DNA of 64,000 nucleotides. Origin: an uncultured Cytophagales bacterium. GTDB taxonomy: Bacteria; Bacteroidota; Bacteroidia; Cytophagales; Spirosomataceae. The DNA lies in contig CAWAJC010000009.1 in NCBI GenBank assembly GCA_963782245.1, positions 13,829 to 77,828 on the forward strand. Reading direction: 5' to 3'. The notes beneath the pieces were generated by a model, which saw nothing but the letters and a program-made list of their open reading frames with translations, did no database searches and was not told the origin of the DNA. The position numbers and the translations under genes were made by a program. Positions 39,090 to 48,965 of the stretch are shown piece by piece; within the stretch, counting starts at the first letter, position 1, and each line of letters begins with the position of its first letter.

Positions 39090-40124
39090 CTCCCTCCTCT
39101 GCCTGATCCCGCTGATTACCTGGGCTGAAGAGACTGGAGCTATTGAAAAGAGAAAAACGATTATCAAACTATTCGACGTGGATAGTAAAGATAACCTGGT
39201 CATTGATAATCAGTACGGTCAGGTCTCGGTTAGGCTGTGGGACAGGGCTGAAATTCGGGTGCAGGTTGTGATTACAGCTAATTCCGACTCTGATGAGCGG
39301 GTACAGACGTTCCTGAATGCGGTATCCATTGACGAACGGCGCGACGACAACCGGATTACTATCCGCACCAACTTTAGTCAGAGCAACATCTCGAACTGGA
39401 GTATGAGCAAGTGGAAGGAGGGGGGCGACCGTAATTTCGTCAAGATTGATTACGACGTTATGATGCCCAGGCAGAATGCCCTCTCCGTCCGGAATAAATT
39501 CGGCAATACACTGATTCCTGCCTTTCATGCCCCACTAACCGTGTATAGCCGGTATGGTAACTTTAGCAGCACCGACGAACTCACTAACCGCCAGAACGAT
39601 ATCGACGTGGCTTACGGAAAAGCTAACATCAATATGCTCGACGAAGGAAAGCTGACCATCGCGTATGCCACACTTGAACTGGTCAAAGCCCGCGTGCTGA
39701 TGTTGACCAATAAATTTGGTAAGATGAACATCGGCGAGGTCGGTAAACTGGACGCTGATATTAACTACTCGGGCGGTAAAGTTGGAACGCTGCACGAGTC
39801 AGGCAAAATCAAGTTGGACTTCTCGGGTGGGTTTCGCATCGATCAGTTACTCAAATCGGTTAATAACGTTGATATTCAGGCCGCTTATTCGTCTGTTGCG
39901 TTGCCGATGGATCAGGATACCGACTGCGACTTCAACGTGACGGTTAGCTACGGCAGTTTCAACTACTCCATCCGGGTCGGCCATGCATTTTCAGCAGTCA
40001 ACCCGCCGATAATGACAACAATCGGGGGGCACGTCTGACGAAGCAGTATATTGGTAAAGTGGGCAACGGCTCCGGCACGAAGGTGAAGGTTGTAGCCAAA
40101 TTTGGCAACGTAAACTTCAGGTAG
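39070..40124 (+). CDS. Secreted DUF4097/adhesin-like beta-repeat protein (indels near 39965-39990)
   Basis: Signal peptide; repeated N.YG/NKFG/YG motifs; a shifted frame ends VVAKFGNVNFR*. Confidence 0.75.
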
Positions 40125-40629
40125 TCAGGCGGTTAATAACGGCCTGATGCTGCGGAAATTCGGACAGCAGCGTAGCCCGGTCTGCCAGCTCAAAATCGGC
40201 AAAGTCGAAACCGGGAGCTACGGTACAGCCAACGAACGAAAAATTATCGTCGGTTACCGATGAGTCCGAAGCAGGCTTTGAGCCAAACCAGCACCCGGCC
40301 TGCACCACGGCCTGAAAAACCTCGCTCTGGTCAGGCTGGTTGCCCAATCGAATGATGGTTAACTCCCCGCCCGGCGAAATGATGGAAATCTCCAGCGGGC
40401 GGCCCGCGTAGAAATGCCAGATTTCGTCGGACTGAATCCGGTGGAGGGCGGAGAATTGATGACTCTCCAGCAAAAAATAGATCGCCGTCCCAAATGATCG
40501 TGCCCCTCGAAACCGGTCCGGCAGGGCAGACTGCGGAATGCTTTCAGCAGAACGATACGTTTCGGCGAAGTAGCCGCCTTCCGGGTGGGCGGTCATGTTA
40601 AACGTTTTGACGTAATAATCTGCCTCCAT
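40117..40629 (-). CDS. Cupin superfamily (DUF985/cupin_5) protein
   Basis: HPEGGYFAETYRS, TAIYFLL, SDEIWHFY and VGCTVAPGFDFADFEL motifs. Confidence 0.92.
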   Translation of the reverse strand: MEADYYVKTFNMTAHPEGGYFAETYRSAESIPQSALPDRFRGARSFGTAIYFLLESHQFSALHRIQSDEIWHFYAGRPLEISIISPGGELTIIRLGNQPDQSEVFQAVVQAGCWFGSKPASDSSVTDDNFSFVGCTVAPGFDFADFELADRATLLSEFPQHQAVINRLTT

Positions 40630-40674
40630 AAGTAAGTGTTGACGGCTGGGATTAGCCCCAGCCGTCAATTGCTT

Positions 40675-41445
40675 TTACTGGGCAGCTTTTACCACCGTTA
40701 TAAAGTCGGAGGCTTTCAGAGACGCTCCACCAATCAGGCCGCCGTCCACATCCGTCTGGGCAAACAACTCAGCCGCATTTTGAGCATTGGCACTACCACC
40801 GTACAGAATGGAAATGCCCTGGGCTACCGCATCACCGTATTGCCCCGCAATATGTCGGCGCAACTCGAAATGCATGTCCTGTGCCTGCGCCGACGAAGCC
40901 GTTAGACCGGTGCCGATGGCCCAGATTGGTTCGTAGGCAATGACCACCTTGTTGAACGATTCGGGCGCGAGATGAAATAGACTATTGGTTAGCTGGTTCT
41001 TCACGAACCCAATGTAATCCCCGTTTTCCCGTAGGTCGCGGGATTCGCCACAGCAAAAGATGGGCGTAAGGCCATGCTCGAGGGCACTGTTTACTTTTTG
41101 GGCCAGCTGGGCATTGGTTTCGCTAAAATACTGCCGCCGTTCGCTGTGACCCAGAATGACGTATTCAATCCCGACCGACTGGAGCATGGGAGCCGAAATT
41201 TCGCCGGTATAAGCACCGGAAGCCTTCTCGTGGCAGTTCTGAGCGCCCACCGAAACGTTTTCGACGGAAGCTACCTGCTGCTGAGCCATGGTCAGATAAA
41301 GAGAAGGGGGACACAATACTACCGTTACGTTAGCAGCAGCTGATGCCTCTTCCTTAAGCAGGTTAACTAATTCCGAGAGCAGCGCCTGCGCTTCATCGGC
41401 TGTTTTATTCATCTTCCAGTTACCGGCAACAATTTTCTTACGCAT
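40675..41445 (-). CDS. tpiA: Triosephosphate isomerase
   Basis: AGNWKMN, GHSERR, AYEPIWAIGTG and YGGS motifs. Confidence 0.97.
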   Translation of the reverse strand: MRKKIVAGNWKMNKTADEAQALLSELVNLLKEEASAAANVTVVLCPPSLYLTMAQQQVASVENVSVGAQNCHEKASGAYTGEISAPMLQSVGIEYVILGHSERRQYFSETNAQLAQKVNSALEHGLTPIFCCGESRDLRENGDYIGFVKNQLTNSLFHLAPESFNKVVIAYEPIWAIGTGLTASSAQAQDMHFELRRHIAGQYGDAVAQGISILYGGSANAQNAAELFAQTDVDGGLIGGASLKASDFITVVKAAQ

Positions 41446-41678
41446 AAGTAGGTAGTAGTGAGCTAAAGAGCCTATATAAACGTTAATCAGCATGCTAATT
41501 GACGTCAATCTCCGGCGAAATTAAGTCTTTCTGCCGAAAGGGGCATTTGCGGAGTGGTGTAAATTTTACCTATCGGTTGGCCGGGACAGCATTTGGCGGA
41601 TGCGCTCCAAACTTACTACCGGCTTCTTGTGTTATTCTGATAAAAAATACGTAATTTCAATGTTAAATAACATATACT

Positions 41679-42943
41679 ATGAAAACGCTTCTACTGGCAA
41701 TCGGGTTTTTATTACCCTATGTTGCCGTATGGGGGGATGATCACAATCGTCGCATACCAGATAAGGAGCGATACGGCTTTTTTATCGCCAATAATCGTGC
41801 GTTTACCCGTATTCCTTTTCAGCTTCATTCTAATCTTATCATTGTTCCGGTACAGATAAACCAATCGGATACCCTGTATTTTATATTGGATACGGGTGTC
41901 AGCAATACGATAATCACAGATCCGACGCTTTTCGTGAAAAGCCGCTTACGCTTACCCGGAAAATTAAACTGAACGGAGCAGGGGAGGGTGGTAGTTTGAC
42001 GGCCTCCATAGCCATAAACAACAGCCTGAGCATGGGTGGTCTTAAAGCCGCGCACCATAATATCGTTATCCTGGATGAAGATATGCTCAAACTATCTGAG
42101 TACGTTGGGACACCGGTACACGGAATTTTTGGCTACGAGATATTCGCAAATTTCGTGGTCAACATTGATTTTCAGCGGCATGAACTGGTTATCATGAAAC
42201 CTGAAAAGTTCAAGTACAAAAAACACAAAGGAGATCGATACCCCATTACCATTCAGGACACAAAAGCCTATACCGATGCTTTATCTGTGTTTGATGGGGA
42301 AAAAACGATGCCATTGCGCGTGGTACTGGATACGGGAGCGGGTCATGCGTTGCTGCTCGACCGGACCCGGAGTATAGGAGCGCTGGAAATACCCCAAAAG
42401 AACATCCGGGCACAATTGGGTCGGGGATTGAACGGAGTCATTAACGGATGCCTCGGCCGTATTGAGAAGGTTCGGTTTGGCCGGTACGAACTGGACAATA
42501 TTCTGGCATCTTTTCCCGATAGTATGGCCTTCGGCATGAAGCTGGTCAACATGCCCGAACGCCAGGGAAATGTAGGCTGCGAACTGTTACGTCGGTTTAA
42601 AGTCACGTTCAACTATCCTGAGCAATACATCGTCATGAAGCCCGTAAAGCGATTGCTTCACGAGCGTTTTGAGCACGATATGAGTGGGATGGAACTCCGG
42701 GCAAAAGGAACCGATTTTCATAATTACTACATCGACAAAATCGTACAGGGCTCACCAGCCGATATGGCGGGTCTGGAAGAAGGCGATGAGATGCTGTTTG
42801 TCAATAACAGCTCGGCCAAGGATATGACAATCAGCGAGATATATAAAATACTTCAAAAAGGCGAAGGGAAGGAAATATCGGTACTGGTTCGACGCAGGGG
42901 GCAGATGATTCTGGCCAGTTTCCTGCTGAAAAGGCTGATTTAA
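41679..42943 (+). CDS. Two-domain retropepsin-like aspartyl protease with C-terminal PDZ (frameshift near 41930)
   Basis: FILDTG and VLDTGA motifs; PDZ motif GSPADMAGLEEGD. Confidence 0.85.
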
Positions 42944-42956
42944 GCGTAATTTGTAA

Positions 42957-43991
42957 TCAATCCACCCGGTCCAGCTTGAACCGGAAGGTTGTCCCCTTCT
43001 CTATCTTGCTCATAACGGTAATCTTGGCTTTGTGTGCGTTGAGAATGTGCTTCACAATGGCCAGTCCCAGGCCCGTGCCACCCCGGTCTTTGGAACGGCT
43101 CTTTTCTACCCTATAGAACCGCTCAAAAATCCGGCTCAGGTGTTCGGGGGGAATGCCTGGTCCATCATCCCGTACCGATACGAGAACGTGCTTCTTTTCC
43201 TCTTCCAGACTAACGACAACCCGGCCGCGTTCATTTCCGTATTTCACCGCATTTTCAACCAGGTTGCTAATGGCCTGCGTGATCCGCTGCGGGTCAGCTT
43301 TTACCCACACGGAAGTAGCGGACAGGGACCTCAGTGAGAGGTTTATGTGCTTGGTCTGGGCAATGCCTTCCAGTTGCTCGAAAATTTCCTGAACAACGTG
43401 AGTCAGGTCAATTCGGCTGAGATTCATTTTTATCTCGCCGGTTTCCAGTTGCGAAAGGGCCATCAGGTCTTTTACCAGTGCATCCAGACCATCGAGGCTT
43501 TTAGCGGCTTTCGAGAGGAATTTATCCCGTACTTTCTCATCATCAACGGCTCCGTCAATAAGGGTATGAATGTAGCCCTGAGCGGCAAAAATGGGTGTTT
43601 TTAACTCGTGCGACACGTCGGCCAGAAACTCCCGCCGGAACTGCTCCAGCCGCTTTAATTCATCAATTTCCTTCTGCTTTTTGGCAACGTAAACGAAAAT
43701 TTCGTCATTCAGTTTCTTAAACGGATTCGTGTTCTTGATAATCGCCTTTCGGGAGATACTGAAATCGCGGATTTTGAGCTGATGAATCGTTTTGTACATC
43801 TTATTGACCTCCCGAAATACGAGTAGTTCAATAGCGTACAGAACCAAAAAAAAGGAAATGGCGAATGATGAAAGTCCAACGACGAAAAGCATCGTGGGCG
43901 TTACTCCTGCTACAAACGTAAGAAAGGCAACAGTCAGTGCCGAAATCAGGCAAGCCAGTAAAAGAGCAATAAAGCGGGGACTCAGAGACAT
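42957..43991 (-). CDS. PhoR-like sensor histidine kinase
   Basis: FLADVSHELKTP, NLVENAVKY, DDGPGIP, FYRV and GGTGLGL motifs. Confidence 0.92.
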   Translation of the reverse strand: MSLSPRFIALLLACLISALTVAFLTFVAGVTPTMLFVVGLSSFAISFFLVLYAIELLVFREVNKMYKTIHQLKIRDFSISRKAIIKNTNPFKKLNDEIFVYVAKKQKEIDELKRLEQFRREFLADVSHELKTPIFAAQGYIHTLIDGAVDDEKVRDKFLSKAAKSLDGLDALVKDLMALSQLETGEIKMNLSRIDLTHVVQEIFEQLEGIAQTKHINLSLRSLSATSVWVKADPQRITQAISNLVENAVKYGNERGRVVVSLEEEKKHVLVSVRDDGPGIPPEHLSRIFERFYRVEKSRSKDRGGTGLGLAIVKHILNAHKAKITVMSKIEKGTTFRFKLDRVD

Positions 43992-44081
43992 AATGTAAAG
44001 TTAGTCGGTTTACAGCTTACGGTTTACCGTTGGCTGACGCAGTAATTATTCGTGCGTCGGCAAACCGTAAACCGACTAACT

Positions 44082-44789
44082 TTATTCTGGCTGGTCGGTA
44101 AACATATAACCAACACCTTTCAGGGTACGAATGTGGGTGTCGCCAATTTTTTCGCGGAGTTTGCGAATATGAACATCCACCGTTCGCTCGAGTACGTAGA
44201 TGTCGGCTCCCCATATTTTTTGCAGCAATTCTTCCCGGCTACAGACTTTGTTGGGGTGCTGCGCCAGAAAAAACAACAGCTCAAACTCTTTCTTTGGCAG
44301 AATGACAGACTTCTCATGCTGGGTAACCGAGTAATTCTTGCGATTAATCAGCAGGTCGGCAATCGTTATCTGTTCGCCGGGGTCTGCCTTCTGGGCTTCC
44401 CGCCGAAACAGAGCATTAATCCGGCTCATCAGCGCACGGGGCTTAATGGGTTTGGTAATGTAATCGTCGGCACCAACGTCGAAAGCCGCCACTTCGGAAT
44501 ACTCTTCCGACCGCGCTGTCAGGTACAGGATGTACGTCTGGCGGAGGTCGGCAATATCACGAAGCTGTCGGCCCGTTTCGATACCGTCCATGTGGGGCAT
44601 CATGATATCGAGCACTACCAGTTCGGGTAAATACGTTTTGGCGGTTTCAATGGCTTTACGTCCGTCGGTTGCCGTCCGAACATCGTAGCCCTCTTTGGTC
44701 AGGTTATATTCGAGCATTTCAACGATGTCTACATCGTCATCGACGACCAAAACACGGTGCAGGGGTTGAGCAGCTTTGGCAGCACTCAT
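44082..44789 (-). CDS. PhoB/OmpR-family response regulator
   Basis: LVVDDD, LDIMMP, GADDYITKP and RTVDVHIRKLR motifs. Confidence 0.94.
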   Translation of the reverse strand: MSAAKAAQPLHRVLVVDDDVDIVEMLEYNLTKEGYDVRTATDGRKAIETAKTYLPELVVLDIMMPHMDGIETGRQLRDIADLRQTYILYLTARSEEYSEVAAFDVGADDYITKPIKPRALMSRINALFRREAQKADPGEQITIADLLINRKNYSVTQHEKSVILPKKEFELLFFLAQHPNKVCSREELLQKIWGADIYVLERTVDVHIRKLREKIGDTHIRTLKGVGYMFTDQPE

Positions 44790-44904
44790 GTGAAGTGAAG
44801 TTGGTAAAGTGAGTTGGGTCTACACACCATACACACGATCGGCTGGTGTGTAAACAGCCCGAAGTTACGTGACTTATCCACAACGTTACCAAGCCTGAAT
44901 GCAT

Positions 44905-44923
44905 ACTTAACAAAAACTTAACA
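44905..44923. promoter_or_regulatory. 11-bp-period direct repeat (Pho-box-like)
   Basis: ACTTAACA-aaa-ACTTAACA upstream of the response regulator. Confidence 0.55.
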
Positions 44924-45095
44924 GCTTCCGGCGGATACCAATCGACTGGTATTGCCTGAAAGCGAGTTGATTAGTTTACGATGCCGAAAGTAAAGAGCCG
45001 TAAAATAACTCATTCCCAGTGCCGTTAGGGGGGGCGAAGAGGGGTAAATATAAAAAAAATAACAGCCCGTATACACCTTTGTTATTACTTGCATT

Positions 45096-46247
45096 ATGAA
45101 TATTCGCTCCCGGGAAACTGAGCTACCCTACGTCGCCAAACTGGCTTTCGTGCTTGTATCAATGGTCGTTGTTATTTACGGCCTTCATACCCTGGCCGGG
45201 CTACTGATTCCATTGGTTTTCTCCATTCTGTTCGCCGTACTTCTGTTTCCGCTGGTGAAGCGGCTGGAAGGCTGGGGGGTACCCAGAATACTGTCTATCA
45301 TACTGTGCTTGTTGTTGGCGCTGGGTGTCGTATATGCTTTGTTCTGGGGTATTTCAAATCAGATAAGCAACTTTGCCGAAGTAGTGCCTCAGTTTGCCAA
45401 GCGGGCGAATGAATACATAAATAGCATCCGAACGTTTGCCGACGAACGGTTGAACATTGACCGTCAGCGGCAGATAACCGAAGTCAAAAAATACCTGAGC
45501 GATGCCATGTCGGAGGGCGGGGCTATTCTGACAACAACGCTACTGGCCACCACCAGCATACTGGCCAATCTGTTTCTGGTGCTCCTGTTTGCCTTCTTTT
45601 TTCTGTTGTATCGCGATTTTTTTCGCTCGTTTTTTTACAAGCTCTTTCATGACATTCGGCGGTCGGAGATTGACAGCGTGATGGGGAAAATTTATGAGGT
45701 CGTGAAAGACTACCTGGCGGGTCTGGTGCTGGTAATTCTGATTACTGGTACCCTTATGACGGTTGGTCTGTTGATTCTGGGTGTAGACTATGCAGTATTT
45801 TTCGGCTTTTTTGGAGCCTGTCTGGTACTCATCCCTTATTTTGGCATTTCGCTGGGCTCCCTTCTTCCAGCCGCTTACACGCTGGTCACGCACGATAATC
45901 CATTAAAGGCGGTGGCGGTGATAGGTGTATTTTTATTCGTTCAGATGATAGAGGGTAACTTTATCACCCCTTACATTGTAGGGTCTAAGGTTAGTATCAA
46001 TCCACTGGCCGCTATCATTGTCCTTATTTTGTGGGAAAATATATGGGGCTTGCCCGGTCTGGTGCTGGCTTTGCCCATGACGGCAATTCTGAAAGTTATT
46101 TTTGATTCGGTGGATACCCTCAAGCCCTACGGTTTTGTTATCGGTGAAGCAGAAAAACCGCGCCCTCCCATAAAAAATCTGAAAGAACTGGCGGAGCAAC
46201 TGCCCGCACGAGCCAAAAAAATAGGGACAACTCAGGAAGAAAATTAA
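45096..46247 (+). CDS. AI-2E family transporter
   Basis: LIPYFG, QMIEGNFITPYIVG and INPLAAI...LALP motifs; multiple TM segments. Confidence 0.92.
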   Translation: MNIRSRETELPYVAKLAFVLVSMVVVIYGLHTLAGLLIPLVFSILFAVLLFPLVKRLEGWGVPRILSIILCLLLALGVVYALFWGISNQISNFAEVVPQFAKRANEYINSIRTFADERLNIDRQRQITEVKKYLSDAMSEGGAILTTTLLATTSILANLFLVLLFAFFFLLYRDFFRSFFYKLFHDIRRSEIDSVMGKIYEVVKDYLAGLVLVILITGTLMTVGLLILGVDYAVFFGFFGACLVLIPYFGISLGSLLPAAYTLVTHDNPLKAVAVIGVFLFVQMIEGNFITPYIVGSKVSINPLAAIIVLILWENIWGLPGLVLALPMTAILKVIFDSVDTLKPYGFVIGEAEKPRPPIKNLKELAEQLPARAKKIGTTQEEN

Positions 46248-46271
46248 GACCGATACAGTGTTCGGGAGCGG

Positions 46272-46901
46272 TCAGAAGTTGAGCGGATCCAGATTCTTAA
46301 AGTGGCCATTCATCCGGATTCGCTGTTTGGTGCGCTCCATATCCGACACGACCGGCAGTACAGTGTTCAGGTGCTGAATCAGGAAAAGCTGCCGTTCGGC
46401 TTCGCTTTCGAGGGTGAGTAACTCGTATTCCTGCTCTACCGACAGGCCAACTTTGTGCGCTACTTTGTAGGACAGATTTCCGGTGGCTACGTTGTAGTCC
46501 GTTTCAATCTGCAGCAGGGTATATAGCTGTTTGAGTCGTTCGGCGAGGGCCGTAGCGTGGGCACTAAACGTGTCGCCGGGCTCTACCAGTTCTACCTCAC
46601 CCCCGGCATACAGCTTACCCGGCACCGGGTTCTCAAAATTAACGAGCCTGAAAACGCCCAGCCCTTTCGATTTAATATCCATCCGGCCATCCGGATAGCG
46701 TTTGTGCAGCGTAGTGACGTGCATTTCGGTGCCGTAGCCGGGTAACTTGTTATTGATGAAAGCCGGAATACCAAACGTCTTTTCTTCTTCCAGGCATTCA
46801 TTGATAAGTTCCCGGTAACGCGGTTCGAAAACATGCAGATTTAAATCTTCACCGGGATACACAATTAAGTTGAGCGGGAATAGGGATAACGTCTTTTCCA
46901 T
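46272..46901 (-). CDS. LON peptidase substrate-binding domain protein
   Basis: LFPLNLIVYPGE.L.LHVFEPRY motif. Confidence 0.9.
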   Translation of the reverse strand: MEKTLSLFPLNLIVYPGEDLNLHVFEPRYRELINECLEEEKTFGIPAFINNKLPGYGTEMHVTTLHKRYPDGRMDIKSKGLGVFRLVNFENPVPGKLYAGGEVELVEPGDTFSAHATALAERLKQLYTLLQIETDYNVATGNLSYKVAHKVGLSVEQEYELLTLESEAERQLFLIQHLNTVLPVVSDMERTKQRIRMNGHFKNLDPLNF

Positions 46902-46923
46902 AGTGCCGAAAAGGTACGGGTTT

Positions 46924-47709
46924 TTAGCTAAAAACCCTGTCTGATTGGATAAAACTGACTTTTCGGGCCCGGGCTTCGGCAAAAATCGGGTCAGCCAGAT
47001 GGCCTAGTCCCGTCACATCTGACATGCAGTCGGTCACGACGGTGAGTTTGGGAACAATATCAGGTGCGAAGTCCAGGAGTTGTTTCAGGCTGTTGGCTAC
47101 GCAGTGCGATTTGGCCTCGCCCATCAGATAAATAGTATCAAAGCGGGCTAAGTCATTGATCAGCGCGGTGTTCAGCTGGGTTTCCGGAACAGCTGGATCG
47201 GGTACCTGCGCCCGAAAAATTCCAAAGTGCTCGGTGAGGGGATAAACTCCCTTCTGAATGGCTGCGTAATCCCGATTTCGCCGGTGCGACCAGGCCTTCA
47301 GGGCGTCGGTCAGCGTATCATGCAAAGAGGCCCCACGCGACCCAATCAAACAATGTTCGGGCCAGATGACATGCGTAAACTGCCCGCCAGACTCCAGTGC
47401 ATGAATGTATGCAATGGCTCTCCCCGCCGAAAAACGCGGTATCCATTGACCCGCATCGACATCGTCGCCCGTGATTTGGGTAAACGGAGTTGGGTGGTTG
47501 CCGGTAGCGTCCTGCCAGAACAGTGGATGGGCAATATCCAGTAGCTGGTGCGTATCGAGCGTAACAACGATGTGGTCAATCTGATCGGTATGGTCCTGAA
47601 TGAGTTTCGCTATTCGGCTAATATCCTGTTCGGCTCCCGGCACAAACAGGGCACCGTCGGGATGGCAGAAGTCGAACTGAGCGTCGATGATGAGGAAAGC
47701 GTTTTTCAT
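46924..47709 (-). CDS. Nicotinamidase/isochorismatase-like cysteine hydrolase
   Basis: IIDAQFDFC, TLDTH, WPEHC and GEAKSHCV motifs. Confidence 0.88.
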   Translation of the reverse strand: MKNAFLIIDAQFDFCHPDGALFVPGAEQDISRIAKLIQDHTDQIDHIVVTLDTHQLLDIAHPLFWQDATGNHPTPFTQITGDDVDAGQWIPRFSAGRAIAYIHALESGGQFTHVIWPEHCLIGSRGASLHDTLTDALKAWSHRRNRDYAAIQKGVYPLTEHFGIFRAQVPDPAVPETQLNTALINDLARFDTIYLMGEAKSHCVANSLKQLLDFAPDIVPKLTVVTDCMSDVTGLGHLADPIFAEARARKVSFIQSDRVFS

Positions 47710-47777
47710 ACGAGATGACCCATTTTAGTAGCGGTAACGGTCCAGCTATTAAAACGGGTCAACTGTACCCGTTTGTT

Positions 47778-48959
47778 TTACGGTTTCTGAAACGCCCAGC
47801 TAATGCCCAGTTGAGCCGAGTGCAAACCGCCGTAGGGTGAACTGGAAATCTGGATCAGGTCGCGCTGGTAGCGCAGGTCGGCCGACAGGCGGCTGGTGAG
47901 GGCGTAGGAAGTGCCCACCATCAGACCGGTAACGGAGTTTGAGTTGACAGGTGGGTTACGGACGCCTTCCGTTTCGGTGTATCCGTTTATCAGGAAGGCG
48001 ATATACGGCCCCGCGTACAAGTGCCAGCCATAGGCTACCTCATGGCGGAAAAGCACCGGGATTTCAAGGTAGTTGAGGTTGGCGAAGTTTGACAGATACC
48101 GACTGGTGCCGGTTGTGACTTCATCCGAGCGGTAGCCCCGTTGCGCGTAGTTGATTTCTCCCCGCACGGCCCATGTCAGCGACAGCGGCAACTCCGCCCA
48201 AAGGCCACCCACAAAACTCGTTCGGTACCGACCACCGGGACCCATGTTGTTTTCGCCCACAAGGCCTGCTCCCAGCCGAACGCCCGCCCGCAACTCGTTC
48301 CAGGAAACGGGGTTCATCCCCAGTGAGTCGGCGGAGAGACCAAACCGGTAGGTGCCACGCAGTCCCAGCGTTGTGGTAGGCGCACCATTGCCGGTGAAAT
48401 ACGCCACACCATTAACACCAACGCCCCAACGCGACGAAATACGGTAATCGTAGCCTACCGCGGCCATGGGTACGACCCGACTCGTATTGGTCAGCTTACC
48501 AGTTGTTTCGTAATTCGGGAAGCGTGGGTTTATCCGGAAAATACTGTCGACGCGAATTTCCCGCTGGCGATAGACCGACAAGCCAACCTGCGCTTTTAGC
48601 TGATGACGTTTGGTTAACACGGGCAGTAAAACCAGCGATAAATCGGTCATGCGATCCTGTCGGCGGTAAAAATCCCGAAGCTGCGCCGGGTCGGGTTGCG
48701 CGTAGAGGCCGGGGTTGGCCGGGTCAGTTGTGGCGAGGGGGGCATTATTCGCTGAGGCACCCCAACCAACGCCCAGTGCAATGCCCAGCCGGGGCCGGAG
48801 GTAACCCGTAAGCTGCTGCCGAACGTGCCAGCCCTCTCGGTAGGGTGTGGGCAGATTCAGGGTAGATACGCCGGTTTCCACGTCAAACCGGCGATTTTCA
48901 GTTGTTTGGGCCACGGCGCCCACGCTGATTGCGAAAAGAAAAATGAGGGTAGTTTTCAT
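47778..48959 (-). CDS. Outer-membrane protein with two beta-barrel domains (C-terminal one PorT-like)
   Basis: Signal peptide; alternating beta strands; internal TYRF and terminal ISWAF; NYAQRG and LNYLEIPVL motifs. Confidence 0.75.
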   Translation of the reverse strand: MKTTLIFLFAISVGAVAQTTENRRFDVETGVSTLNLPTPYREGWHVRQQLTGYLRPRLGIALGVGWGASANNAPLATTDPANPGLYAQPDPAQLRDFYRRQDRMTDLSLVLLPVLTKRHQLKAQVGLSVYRQREIRVDSIFRINPRFPNYETTGKLTNTSRVVPMAAVGYDYRISSRWGVGVNGVAYFTGNGAPTTTLGLRGTYRFGLSADSLGMNPVSWNELRAGVRLGAGLVGENNMGPGGRYRTSFVGGLWAELPLSLTWAVRGEINYAQRGYRSDEVTTGTSRYLSNFANLNYLEIPVLFRHEVAYGWHLYAGPYIAFLINGYTETEGVRNPPVNSNSVTGLMVGTSYALTSRLSADLRYQRDLIQISSSPYGGLHSAQLGISWAFQKP

Positions 48960-48965
48960 AAAACG

